Assembly: GCF_009914755.1 (NCBI RefSeq)
Contig: NC_060928.1
DNA: 64,000 nucleotides
From: the human T2T-CHM13v2.0 reference genome, Homo sapiens
Direction: 5' to 3' (one strand)
The translations under genes and the position numbers were made by a program. Positions 1 to 13,569 of the stretch are shown piece after piece. Numbering within the stretch: position 1 is the first letter of the stretch; each line of letters begins with the position of its first letter. The notes under the pieces were generated by a model. The model had not been told where the DNA came from. It saw only the letters and a list, made by a program, of their open reading frames with translations, and did not search any database.

Positions 1-3000
1 AGACAAGAAAATGCTGAGGGAAATCATTATCACCAGGCCTGCCTTGCAAGAGCTCCTGAAGAAAGCCTCAATATGAGAAGGAAAAACCATTACCAGCCAC
101 TACACAAACACGTTGAAGTAACACACCATTGACACTATGAAGTAACTGCATCAACAAGTCTGCAAAATAACCAGCTAGCTTCATGATGACAGGGTCAAAT
201 TCATACATAACAATATTAACCTTAAATGTAAATGGGCTAAATGCCCCAATTAAAAGACACAGAATGGCAAGCTGGATAAACAGTCAAGATCCATCAGTGT
301 GCTGTATTCAAGAGACCCAGCTCATGTTCAAAGATACACATTGGCTTAAAATAAAGGGATAGAGGAAAAATCTACCAAGCAAATGGAAAGCAGAAAAAAG
401 CAGAGGTTGCAATACTAGTTTCTGAGAAAAGAGACTTTAAACCAGCAAAGATCAAAGAAGACAAAGAAGGGCATTGCATAATGGTGAAGGGTTCAATTCA
501 ACAGGAAGAGCTAACTATCTTAAATATATATGCACCCAATACAGGAGCACTCAGATTCATAAAACAAGTTCTTAGAGACCTGCAAAAAGACTTACAATTG
601 TAGTGGGAGACTTTAACACCCCACTGTCAATATTAGAAAGATCATCAAGACAGAAAATTAACGAAGATATTCAGGACTTAAACTCAGCTCTGGTTCAAGC
701 AGACCTGATAGATATCTACAGAACTGTCCACCCAAAATCAACACAAAATACATTCTTCTCAGTGCCACATGGCACGTACTCTAAAATTGATCACACAGTT
801 GGAAGTAAAATATGCCTCAGCAAATGCAAAACAACTAAAATCATAAAAAAACAGTCTCTCAGACCACATAGCTCAATCAAATTAGAACTCAAGATTAAGA
901 AACTCACTCAAAACCACACAACTATATGAAAATTGAACAACCTGCTCCTGAATGACTCCTGGGTAAATAATGAAATTAAGGCAGAAATCAATAAGTTTTT
1001 TGAAACCAATAAGAACAAAAAGACAGTGAACCAGAATCTCTGGGACACAGCTAAAGCAGTGTTAAGAAGGAAATTTATAGCACTAAATGCCCACATCAAA
1101 AAGCTAGAAAGATCTCAAGTTGACATCTTAATATTACAACTAAAAGAACTAGAGAACCAAGAGCAAACAAACTACAAAGCTAGCAGAAGATGAGAAATAA
1201 CCAAGATCAAAGCAAAACTGAAGGAAATAGAGACATGAAAAGAAACATAAAAAAATTAATGAATCCAGGATCTGGTTTATTGAAAAAAAGTAATGAAATA
1301 GATGGACTGCTAGCTAGACTAATAAAGAAGCAGAGAAAATCAAATCAACATAATACAGTATGCTAAAAAGGATAATACCACTGACCCCACAGAAATACAA
1401 ACAACCATCAGAGTACACCATAAGCACCTCTATACAAATAAACTAGAAAATCTAGAAGAAATGGATAAATTTCTGGACACATACACCCTCCCAAGACTGA
1501 ATCAGGAAGAAACTGAATCCCTGAATAGACCAATAATAAGTTCTGAGTTTGAGGCAGTAATAAATAGCTTACCAACCACAAAAAGCCCAGGAACAGATGG
1601 ATTTACAGCTGAATTCTACCAGAGGTACAAAGAGGAGCTGGTACCATTTCTTCTGAAACTATTCCAAACAATTGAAAAGGAGGAACTTCTCTGTAACTCT
1701 TTTTATGATACCAAAATCTGGCAGAGATACAACAACAAAAAAAGAAGGTAAAACTTCAGGCCAACATTCCTAATGAATATCAGTGCAAAAATCCTCAATA
1801 AAATACAGGCAAACTGAGTCCAGCAGCACATTAAAAAGCTTATCCACCATGATCAAGTCAGCTTCAACCCAGGGATGCAATGCTGGTTCAACATATGCGA
1901 ATCAATAAACGTAATTCATCACATAAACAGAACTAAAGACTAAAACCACATGATTATCTCAATAGACACAGAAAAGTTCTTCAATAAAGTTCAACATCCC
2001 TTCATGTAAAAAACTCGCAATAAACTAGGTATTGATGGAACATGACTAAAAATAATAAGAACCATTTATGACAAACACACAGCCAATATCAGACTGAATG
2101 GGCAAGAGCTGGAAACATTCCTCTTGAAAACCAACACAAGACAAGGACGCACTTTCCTACTGCTCCTATTCAACATAGTATTGGAAGTTATGGCCAGGGC
2201 AATCAGGCAAGAGAAAGAAATAAAGTGTATTCAAATAAGAACAGAGGAAGTTAAACTGTCTCTGTTTACAGATTTCATGATTCTATATCTGGAAAACCCC
2301 ATCATCTCAATCCAAAAACTTCTTAAACTGATAAGCAACTTCAGCAATCTCTGGATACAAAATCAATGTGCAAAAATCACAAGCATTTCTATACATCAAC
2401 AGTAGACAAGCAGACAGCAAACTCATGAATGAACTCCCATTTACAATTGCTACAAAGAGAAGAAAATACCGAGGAATACAGCTAACAAGGGAAATGAAAG
2501 ACCTCTTCAAGAAGAACTAAAACCACTGTTGAAGGAAATCAGAGAGGACACAAACAAATGGAAAACATTCCATGCTCATGGATAGGAAGAGTCAATATCA
2601 TGAAAATGGCCATACTGCTCAAAGTTATTTATAGATTCTATGCTATTCCCATTAAATTATCATTGACATTTTTCACAAAATTAGAAAAAAAAAACTACCT
2701 TTAAATTCATATGGAGCCAAGAAAGAGCCCATATAGCCAAGACAATTCTAAGCTAAAAGAATAAAGCTGGAGGCATCACACTACCTGACCTCAAACTATA
2801 CTGCAAGACTTAAGTAACCAAAACAGCATGGTACTGGTATAAAAACAGACCGTGGACCAATGGAACAGAATAGAGAAATCAGAAATAAGACCATGTATCT
2901 ACAACCATCTGATTTTTGACAAACCTGACAAGTAATGGGGAAAAGATTCCCTATTTATTAAATGGTGCTGGGAGAACTGGCTAGCCATATGCAAAAATTG

Positions 3001-4394
3001 AAAGTGGACCCCTTCCTTACACCTTATACAAAAATTAACTCAAGATGGATTAAAAACTTTAAAACCCCAAACTATAAAAATCCTAGAGGAAAATCTAGGC
3101 AATATCATTTAGGACATAGGTACCGGCAAAGATTTCAGCACAAAAATGCCAAAACCAATTGCAACAAAATCAAAATTTGACAAATGGGATCTAACTAAAC
3201 TGAACAGCTTCTGCATAGCAAAAGAAACTATCATCAGAGTAAACAGACAACCTACAGAATGGGAGAAAATTTTTGCAATCTATCCATCTGACAAAGGTCT
3301 AATATCCAGAATCTACAAGGAACTTGAACAAATTTACGAGAAAAACACCAAACAACCTCATTAAAAAGTGGGCAAAGGACATGAACAGACACTTCTCAAA
3401 GTAAGACATTTATGTGGCCAACAAACATATGAGAAAAACGCTCAACATCACTGATCACTAAAGAAATGCAAATTAAAACCACAATGAGATACCATCTCAT
3501 GTCAGTCAGAATGGTGACTATTAAAAAGTCAAGAAACAACAGACGCTGGTGAGGCTGTGGATAAATAGGAACACTTTTACACTGTTGGTGGGAATGTAAA
3601 TTACTTCAATTATTGTGGCAGACAGTGTGGTCATTCCTCAAAGACCTAGAACCAGAAATACCATTTGACCCAGTAATCCCGTTACTGTGTTTATACACAA
3701 AGGATATAAATCATTCTGTTACAAAGATAGATGCATGCATATGTTCATTGCAGCAGTATTCACAATAGCAAAAACATGGAATAAACCCAAATGCCCATCA
3801 ATGATAGATAAGATAAAGAAAATGTGGTACATATACATCACGGAATACTATGCAGCCATAAAAGATACATGCATGTGTATCTTTCTGTTACAAAGATACA
3901 TTCATGCATATATTCACTGCAGCACACTATTCACAATAGCAAAGACATGGAATCAACCCAATTGCCTATCAATGATAGAATGGATAAAGAAAACATGTAC
4001 ATATACACCATGGAATACTATTTAGACATAAAAAGGAATGAGATCATGTCCTTTGTAGGGACATGGATGCAGCTGGAAGATACTATTCTCAGCAAACTAA
4101 CACAGGAACAGAAAACCAAACACTACATAGTCTCATGTATAAGTGGGATCTGAACAATGAGAACACATGGACATAGGGAGGGGAACAACACACACTGAGG
4201 CCTATTGGGGGCCTGTTGTGGGGAGGGAGAGCATCAGGAAAAATAGCTAATGCATGCAGGGCTTAATACCTAGGTGATGGGTTGATAGGTCCAGCAAACC
4301 ACCATGGCACACGTTTACCTATGTAACAAACCTGCACATTCTGCACGTGTATCTGAGAACCTAACATAAAATAAAATATACAGTTTAAAAAAAA
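1..4394 (+). mobile_element. Decayed L1 (older L1PA, about PA13-16): ORF1 3' end, full ORF2 region, 3'UTR and A tail; 5' part lies outside the window
   Basis: ORF2 start ATGACAGGGTCAAAT at 186; track fragments match L1 ORF2 ([49 protein letters not shown]); G-rich 3'UTR and A tract ending about 4394; many stops and frameshifts. Confidence 0.95.
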
Positions 4395-6416
4395 CTAATT
4401 TGGTATTACTTTTGTTTAATTTTCATATTCAAATGAAGCTCAAGTTAAAATAATATTTGGTAGAGAGTATAAGTGAGGTAAATTACACTTTTTATTTGAT
4501 CTCCTCCTAAAGAGAAGGCCCTAGGGTGTGTGTGTGTTTCATGATATAAGAAAGTGAAGTAATATAATGTAGTGGTTGCTGTAAGAGGTTGGTTTTATGT
4601 TTCCGTGAAAGTAAACTGAAGGAAATTATAAAATTCCTTTCCCAGGAGATCTTTAATAGTGTCATGGGTTGCATCTGCTGCAATCTTTATGACAAATTCT
4701 TCCTGCAGGCAGAGTAATGGATTTTGAAGACCTTTCATGGAATTTTATATCCCCAAGGGTATATGTAATTGAGTCCAGAAATTAAAAGGCACAAGGACTT
4801 GAAAGTCTATTCTCCTCAAACAAGTTAGTTTTCTGACCTTGGATTTCAGTTTCTTCATCTGTGAAGTTATTCTTGTTCAAATAGAACAGTATTCTTAACA
4901 TTTTATGTTGTGGAACACAATCTTGGGGAGGGGATGTCATCAATTTTTTGAAGTTTATCCATTAACTCTCTGGGGTCCACAGGATTTACATTAAATACTA
5001 GAATCAATGATTTATAAGGTAACACAGTGAAGTTTGATTCTCACATCTAACATTACTAGAGTGTTAGGAAAATAAATAGGAGACATCTGTTCTTAGGAAA
5101 GCGATAATCTCATATGGAAGGCACAGCATACACTCATATAGAAAAGACCTAAGAATGCTTCAATGTGGTGTATCATGAGCTCAAATGCAAATTATACGTA
5201 TCAGGGGACAGAGAACAGCCACACCAGTGGGAAAGAGGAAAAGGATACAGGTAGATTCAAGTCAAGGGGAAACATTTCAAGTAGATGCAAGGAGGAACAG
5301 GCAAGTGAACCCTTAAAAACTCAAAACTATTGTAAGAGTTGACAGAAACATATTCTTGATCAAAGCAAGAAACCATATTAAAGAATAAAGAGAACAAGTT
5401 GTTGGATTTCCTTGAATATCAAGCAGAAGTATTTAATGTAATTGCCTGGCAGTGGAGTACCACTGTAGTTAAACTGCAAAGATTTGAAGTTGAGATGTAT
5501 TTTAAAGATGATTCTGTGTAGACAGGGAAAAGAGTGAGGACACCAGACTATATAGAAATCTACTTTAACTGTCAAGGGAAAAGTGAAATAAGGGCACATA
5601 GGGTGGTGATTATGTCAGCAGAATTAGAAAAACTGCTGATCAAAAATATGATTACAAGTAATAGGATGAATGTGCCAAAGCATTATAAAAAATGAAAAGG
5701 TAAGCACGAATACAAGCCCAGTGATTCAAAATTGTGGGAACAGCCTTTAAGGTGATGAGGACTTTAGACCCAGGTAACATATGTGTGACCTGAGAGCCTA
5801 GCTTCAGCTTTTGAAGAGGTGAGGTCGGGGGTGTTAAGGTGGTAATTGGGCATCCCAATAGTGAACTCTTGAAACAATTAGAGCAGAAGCAAGCAGTCTT
5901 AGATAATTTAAGACAGATTCAAGAAATATGTCTACCAGAAAACTGGGATTTTTTACTTAAGTTTCTTACTGGTCCAACAAATTTATTTAGAATTTATTTT
6001 AGTGTTTAAATGTCTGCCTTGTAACATAGATGTTTTTTAGTACTAAAAGCTGTTTATTTGGAAAGCTTTTCATTCTTTTAAGATTTTGGAAATCATTGCA
6101 ATGAGAATCCTTTCAATTTATGCTCCTTTGCAAAAATAAATTGATCTTGTTTAATTAAAACAAGTTAATCTTGTTTTACAATGAAAGCACTAAGGTACAT
6201 AAAATGTTATCAGGAGAGATCTCACCAATTCTTAAAGCCAGAGAGTTAATTTTCCACACTGATTTCTTTCTGCAATGTTGTATCCTGGGACAAATTCTTT
6301 CATATCATTGTTGTGTCTAGCTTTCTGATATAACTTGAATGTAGTTTTGGAACAAACGACATTCTTCAGACAATAGTAATTCTATTCAAGTCTGTTGAAC
6401 ATATCCACATAACACA

Positions 6417-6443
6417 GATATATATATATGTATATATATATAC
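6417..6443. repeat. (TA)n microsatellite
   Basis: direct read: gatatatatatatgtatatatatatac. Confidence 0.8.
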
Positions 6444-8029
6444 ATAATACAATAACAATATGTCTCCTAAAAATCTATTTCTCAATGTCTTAAAGGACAG
6501 TGTTCAGGGCCTTCTTGAGGGGAAATGTTAGAGGTGGGTGTGTATATTACATATGATAAATTCACTCCAATATATAGAATCCCTAAGTGTTTGGATTCTT
6601 CTCTCACACTATTTCAAGGCATTTATGACATATCCACTTTTTATATTGGAGATCACTATTGAGTCCTAAGTTTACTAAAAGCATTCAGGCGAGCACATTA
6701 GAACCACTTCTAACTGCTCCAGTTCACACACTGAATTCGGACTCTGGTACGTGCACACGTATATTGATAAACTCAGATCAGTCTGAATTTATGTTCTTCC
6801 CTATTTAGTCTAGTTCTCTAAGACTGTATTCTCACAGGTATCCTTCAGATATTATATAAGCATTTTTACATATATATAATATTTATATTATATACTATTA
6901 TAAAATCTGTTGTTATTTTGAATACCTAAGCCCCTTTCTCTCAGATTTAACTTTGTAATTGCCCCTCAGGGTGTCCTAGAAACTAACTCTGGATGAGTAC
7001 GGGTGTTTTATGTTGGCTAGAGATGCTGGTGAAAGTTTATGTATTAAATTGGCTACCGAATTTCAGTGGAGAGACAAGAATTCCAGAGTATCAGAGGCCA
7101 AGCAATGAGGCGGAGACCTTAGTTGCTGAGGCAAGGAGGAAAAGCTGATAATAATCCCAATGTGTGATTCTGAGAGATGTCTGGTAATGGTCACTCAATC
7201 ACTAAGTCCCAAAGCCCATATCAAGGAGTACTCCTCTAAGATCTACCTAATCTGTTTAAACTCAAATCTAGGCTTCTCTCCTTTCTTTTGAGGCTTTGCT
7301 CAAATGTCACTTTTTTGTGTGAGATTTTTCCTGCTAACCTATTTTACATGCACATACCCCTATCTAGAACTTTATTCTCTCTGAAGTGTATGCTCTGTCT
7401 CCCCTAACATAACCAGAGGCATGTGAAAACAGGGAAGTTGAACACCTGAGGATGCACCTGAACTTGGGCCAGCACTAGCACAGCACTTGTCAAGGGCACA
7501 CAATTTAAAAACCTTATCAAGGTAGAAAATATTTAAATGCAATAATTGAAGAAAAGTTAATGTGAAAAACCCATAATGAAAAAAAATCAAAATTTTAACT
7601 AAAGATAACATCACTAATAATACCATGCTGAGCCATATTGGAGACTGAAGCAAAAGGAAAAATCAGTAATTCTGCTCTGGTGGTCTGGAATTTTCAAAAT
7701 ATTCCTTTCCCAGTAAAGGGTGAGCTGCAGCACCCAACACCCCTACAACTAAGAAAGAAGCACAGCATTTAAATAACATCTTTAGATTTTGGAGGGCACA
7801 TATACCTCATTTGGGGATGTTTCTCTGATGATTGACTCACCCACAAAGCTACCAACTTTCAGTCAAGCTCAGAGCAGAAGTTTTTCCACTTGGTTCCAGC
7901 TGCTCATGCTACTTATATTTTAGGGAATTAATATTACTAATGGGTCTATGGCAGATAAGGATCTCCATAGAGATTGCAGAAAACCCTGATAGGATAATAG
8001 CAGCAGAGGCTCTGGGTTTGGGAACAAAT

Positions 8030-8490
8030 AATTATCTTTCTCTCCTTCTTCTTCTCTCAATTTTGGCAGTGTCCATCTCCCAGTTTAGAGACTGAAGTAC
8101 TATATAGAGGCTTTCCACCTCTATATGCAGGTAGAATGTGTGCATATAAGTTAGGTTCTGTCAATCAGATATTTTTATTGCAGACTTTGGTTTAGAATCT
8201 AATGATCAAAAGAAGCAGATACCATGGACAATTCATTCTTCTGTGGGAAGAAGTAGCTCCTTAATTTCCAGGGGTAGCTGGAGTTCTAGTGACAGCACCA
8301 GTGTCTGCTCAGTAATGGCAACAGTGGTGGTTTCACTGAACAATTCTGCACATTATTATAGTGTCATGTCTGACAGCATAGCCTCCAAACCTAGTTATGT
8401 GCCCCCTCTGGAAGTTGTGTGAGCTATCCTATTTACTTTACTTTCTTTATTATGATTAGTTACCCAGAGATTGTTTCTGTTACTCACTTG
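8030..8490 (+). mobile_element. Old ERVL-type solo LTR (LTR16/LTR33-like)
   Basis: 3' end ...ccagagattgtttctgttactcac resembles the ERVL LTR terminus ccagagttggtttctgttgcttgca; highly diverged. Confidence 0.35.
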
Positions 8491-8737
8491 ACTCATATAT
8501 CAATGTATAGATCCCACCAAATGAAGAATAAACATCAAAATTTATTTCAATCTTCAGTAGTTTAGCCTCTTAAGAGAAAGTATATTTAATTTAGCTTTTC
8601 CATTAAACAGTACCTGAAACGTTACTCAAGCATTTCTTAATCGATCTTCCTTTTGCCTGTGCATAGTGACTTGCACATACAGTGTGAGTCACATAAATAC
8701 TCTTGCTGAGTGAACAACAATGAATATGACTCATATT
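8489..8737. promoter_or_regulatory. AP-1 (TGA(C/G)TCA) site cluster, candidate enhancer
   Basis: perfect sites at 8489-8495, 8685-8691 and 8727-8733; the last two have palindromic flanks (tgTGAGTCAca, aataTGACTCAtatt). Confidence 0.4.
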
Positions 8738-11085
8738 GTTAAGTAAATCATCCATTGTAATATATCCTAAATCCTTGCCTTACCACCAATTCTATATAAA
8801 CAAACAAGGAGTAGTGGGTATTTGAGCAGATTTACAACGGTAGCCATTGTTACAGCACTGAGAAGGTATCCTTAGACAGGTGGACCTGTGTGAAATAAAG
8901 GAGGTACATTTCTCTTGGAGGAGCGGATTGTATTTTCAAATGTACTTTAGAACCTAGGATGCCTTGTGCAGTAATAACCAAAGCCTTAGAAGTTTAGCCT
9001 CTTTGAGAAATTCACAATTGGATCACAGTTCACTGCAGCTCAGTAGGTAAGAGGAAGCTTTGCATACACCTGGGATAAAATTGAGGCTAAAAGTCCCTGC
9101 TTAGTCATAGACACCCTCCCTTTCCTACTACTTGCATCTAGCAGATCCCGGTGGGCCTTCTGGATGCCTAAATCTGCCTGGCCTCACTGCCCAAGCATGG
9201 TGTGATTAAAAGAGATAGATGCCAAGAGGAGTTAAGGGTGCCAGCTGGGATGTTGAAAGCAAAGGCAAGTTCCTCAATGGTGAATGAATCTGTGTGTCTG
9301 CTGCTTCTCTGCCATGCATTTCACAATGAAGTTTAGCCTCTTTGGGGAAGCTATTTGGGGAATATCATAAAAATCTTCCTGAAGACAGACTGTAGTGATT
9401 TCTATTTGTGCCTTCATTTCACGTTTGGCTATGGGTTTCGATGGCAACAAGACTCCAGAGGCTGTGGAAACTGGTTAGCAAAGCTACTGATCAAGTGGGC
9501 CAAGGGAAACAAAAGCACACAGATTAGTCAGTGGTGAGTTTCATGCAGTTTACAAATGTGTCGCTACTTCAGTGTCCTGTTCCTTCCCAGAGGATGAAGC
9601 CCCATGGTGCCATGTAAGTAGCACCAGAGGTGAGTATTCTTCCTCTTCCCCCTGGGAAACAAGAAACTGAAGTTTTGTTAATGCAACAAATTCTTCGACA
9701 GACTCTGAGCTGTAGATAAGTAGAATCCATCCCCTCACAGGGAAGGCTTTTAGCCAGAAGTTTTTAGAGCAAAGTGATCCCCTACTGAAGGTGATAACCC
9801 AAGTGACATATTCAAAGATGTGACAAGCATGATAAATACACCTTCTTGGAAACTGGATCCAGAAAGCTATGTGTCCAGGGGTGGCTCCTGCCTGTCTCTA
9901 ACACCTGTTCCCCTTACACCTATAAATGGTCAATGTTAATCAGTAGTGGTTACTTTTGGTGATGTTTCTTCAATCCCCAACCCAAGCCACCTTCATCTCC
10001 CAAATGACATTAGGTCCATGGCATACATGATAATCACTGGAATTCAAAGGTGGCATCAAAATTGGGAGATCTGCATCCTCTCATCCTTGCCAAGGCAATC
10101 ACATTAATTCTGCTAACAGCTTGGTAAGTCAGCCAGCCTAGTAAACACTCCTGTCTTAGAAGGGAAATCCAGACATTCGTGTTGGTTCCTACTGTTTCTC
10201 CCCCTCTGTGTGATCTTGAGAATCTTGCCAAGGGGGCTGATGGCTGTCATCTGATGATGCCATGTGAAGGCTTTAATGAACTGGCATTTCCTGTTGCTGA
10301 GCTGCCATGTCTGAAGGCCAAAGCAAACAGGGTTTAGGCTCTTTGGATCCCAAACTGTTTTTGTCTCTTTCTCTTCCTACTTCTGATCCAGTCTGCAGGT
10401 CTGCTCACCTCTCTTTCTCAATCTCACCTGTGTACATGTGCAATATGAAGGTCAGATGCCAGGTGCTGCCTTCCAACCAGACCAAACCCTTGAGAAAAGT
10501 ACGACCTGCGGGGAGGGGGGTGTGATGCCGGCTTTTTTCTGAGACACAGGGGAAACCTTGGCTAAAAGTGTTTCCTGTAAGTTGAGATGGCTGGAAGCCT
10601 AAAGCTGTTTTGCTTCAAAGTTCTTGTTACTGCTAATTGAAACATATGAGAAAGGAATAAAAATGCTGAAGTTAAGAAAGTAGAAGTTGGGAGTAGGAAA
10701 GTAAGAAAGAGTATTGCCAACTCAACTGGCCTAAGCATTTATTTGCAATGTTTCTTACTATATGATAATCAATGAATTATATCTTCATACCAGTAAAAAA
10801 TGACAATGCCATGGAAGAATTTTGGTTTAATGTCATTTCTTAAAGGTCTGGGTTAATTCACACTGGCAAGGCTGCAGAGTTGGCAGGTTAGTGACTGTCC
10901 TTCTCTAGGACAGGTGAATGGCAGTTTTAGACTTGGGCAGGGCATGACTTGCACAGATCTCTGCAGTAGCCCAGGGCACCAGCAGTTGAGGGTCAAGATT
11001 TTTGGTATCCTTATCTATCAAGATCACAGGATAATGCTTTTCTCTGTCTGTTGTCAGGGATGGAATGGGGTGACACATGAAATAA

Positions 11086-11436
<351 letters not shown>

Positions 11437-12583
11437 TCTTCCAATGTTTTGAGGGTAACATACCTACTATAAAATATCTTGGCCAAGGTATCACAACCCT
11501 AAAATTCAGGCAACTATTTATCATTTTCCCTCAACATTTTTCACTGAAATACTCCTCCACAGGGCCATTCAGATTCTTCCAAATTTCTTATTTTGTTTCC
11601 TCTATTTTGTGCTTTTCCAAGCGTCAGGAAATATATTTATTTTTATTGCAGGAAGAAATTAGTATTTCTGAGACTACATAGATCACCAGTTTTCTCTTGA
11701 GGATGACCATTTTCCCAGAACTAATTGAATCTGACTCCTTCCTCTGTGCAGCTTCATCAGGAAATATGGTTTTGCTCAATGTAGCAGTGTCAACTTAGTA
11801 ACTGGACAACTCATGTGCTAACAATGCTGGACAGTTTTCTTTAAATTTATAATTTATGCTGCAATGGCTCTTTTTCTTTATTGTATTGGCTTTGATGGAG
11901 TAACACGTCAAAATGGCTAAAGGGTACAAGCAACTAATGTAAATTATTAGTGAAATGCTACACATAAAAGACATTAAACATTCAACATTGTGGTTTGTAA
12001 ACAGTAGGCAGGGAGTTATAACAAAAAGCCCATTTGTAGGCAAATATTTAGTTTTGACTTCTTCAAAGTTTTATGAAGATGAGAGACAATCCTAAACCCC
12101 AGAGGAGGGAGCTTATAAGAACGAAGTTGACAATGAGCCACATGGAAACAAATTCATGAAGAGGCCACAGACCTAGAAAGAGCTGGAAACATTGACCAGG
12201 CAACAAAGAAGACCAAACCAGGAGAATGAGGCCAAAGCCTTCCTAGTGCATGAAAATGACAAGGATTTGCTGATTATTTAGCCTCAAAAACTGCACAGAA
12301 ACAACCAATTGCTGGGCCATGGATCCTGAATCTGATCATCCATGAAGAAGGTGTGAGTAGGCCTCAGGCACATGGGCTCCAGAAGTGACAACTAAATAGC
12401 AGGATCCTGGGACGGTGAGCTGTTACTCATTTTCACATTCTACTATCTGGATGGAAGGAGGAGTGAGGAAGATGCATTTTTTTTGTTTTGTTGGTCTTAT
12501 TACCAATTTAGTATGTTAATTATTATTAAAAAATAGAAAATGAAAACAAGAAAAAAAAAGAAAAAGCAATTACCTAGTTTGGT

Positions 12584-12938
12584 TAATATGGTTAGGCTCT
12601 GTGTCCCCACCCAAATCTTACCCTGAATTCTAATAATCCCCATGTGTCAAGGGTGGGGTCAGGTGGAGATAATTGAATCATGGGGGTGGTTGCCCCATAC
12701 TGTTGTGGTAATAGTGAATAAGTCTCATGAGATCTGGGTTTTATAAATGGGAGTTCCCCTGCACGTGCTCTCTTGCCTGCCACCATGTAAGTCGTGGCTT
12801 TGCTCTTCTTTCACCTTCCACCATGATTATGAGTCCTTCGCAGCCATGTGGAACTGTGAGTCCATTAAACCTCTTTCCTTTATAAATGACCCAGTCTCAG
12901 GTATGTCTTTATTAGAAGCAAGAGAATGGACTAATACA
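12584..12938 (+). mobile_element. THE1-type MaLR solo LTR
   Basis: starts taatatggttaggctctgtgtccccacccaaatct, ends gaatggactaataca; near-TSD ttggt/ctggt. Confidence 0.9.
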
Positions 12939-12959
12939 CTGGTATTTCATACTTGAATA

Positions 12960-13400
12960 GAATATCTTCACATGTATATCTCATAGGCATTTCAAATTCA
13001 ATATAGCCTACATTAAACTATTAATATTCCCAAATCTTCCCTTCAAAATATAGACTCCGGTCTTAGTTAATGATACTGCTGTCTAACTAATCACTCAGGC
13101 CAGATACCCAGGATCATTCATGATTTCTCTTTCTCCCTTTCCTTGGTCCCACCAGGTCTTATTAATTTGATTATCTAAATTATTCTGGAATTAATTTTCT
13201 CCTCCCTAGTTCCCTGCTGTTGCCTTACCTTATAGACTTGTTATCTTTCACACAAATGACTGAAATAGTCTCTAATCAATCTACCAGATGTAAGTCTCTC
13301 TCCTACAAATCTCTTATAGTCAATATCATTAGTCTATCTAAAACAAAATGTTGACTATATTTCTCTTTTAAATGCACTTCAATCTTTTTGCTAACTGCCT
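12960..13400 (+). mobile_element. L2 fragment
   Basis: atctcataggcatttcaaattcaatat resembles the L2 3' consensus; diverged. Confidence 0.5.
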
Positions 13401-13569
13401 AGCAGAACTCACAAACTATCTGCCCACTTGTTTAATCATCAGGATAGTTTATGTTGTATGGCTTGAGCCAAACAAATGAATAAGGATATAGAAAAGCTTT
13501 CATCATTAAGAAAATTTTGCTTAATTATCTATATTAAAATTAAATACTTCCAATTATTAGGAAACAACT

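Noticed and set aside
603-4153. Many ORFs of 60-112 aa
   Set aside because: All are fragments or antisense frames of decayed L1 ORF2, not host genes.
9576-9640. Kringle-like peptide CSFPEDEAPWCHVSSTRGEYS (compare CRNPDGDxxPWCHV...WEYC)
   Set aside because: Only about 20 aa, one residue short between the prolines, lacks the RNPD and WEYC conserved residues, and no first kringle half was found; probably chance.
9919-9929. cctataaatgg as a CArG box
   Set aside because: It has seven A/T bases between CC and GG; the SRF consensus needs six.
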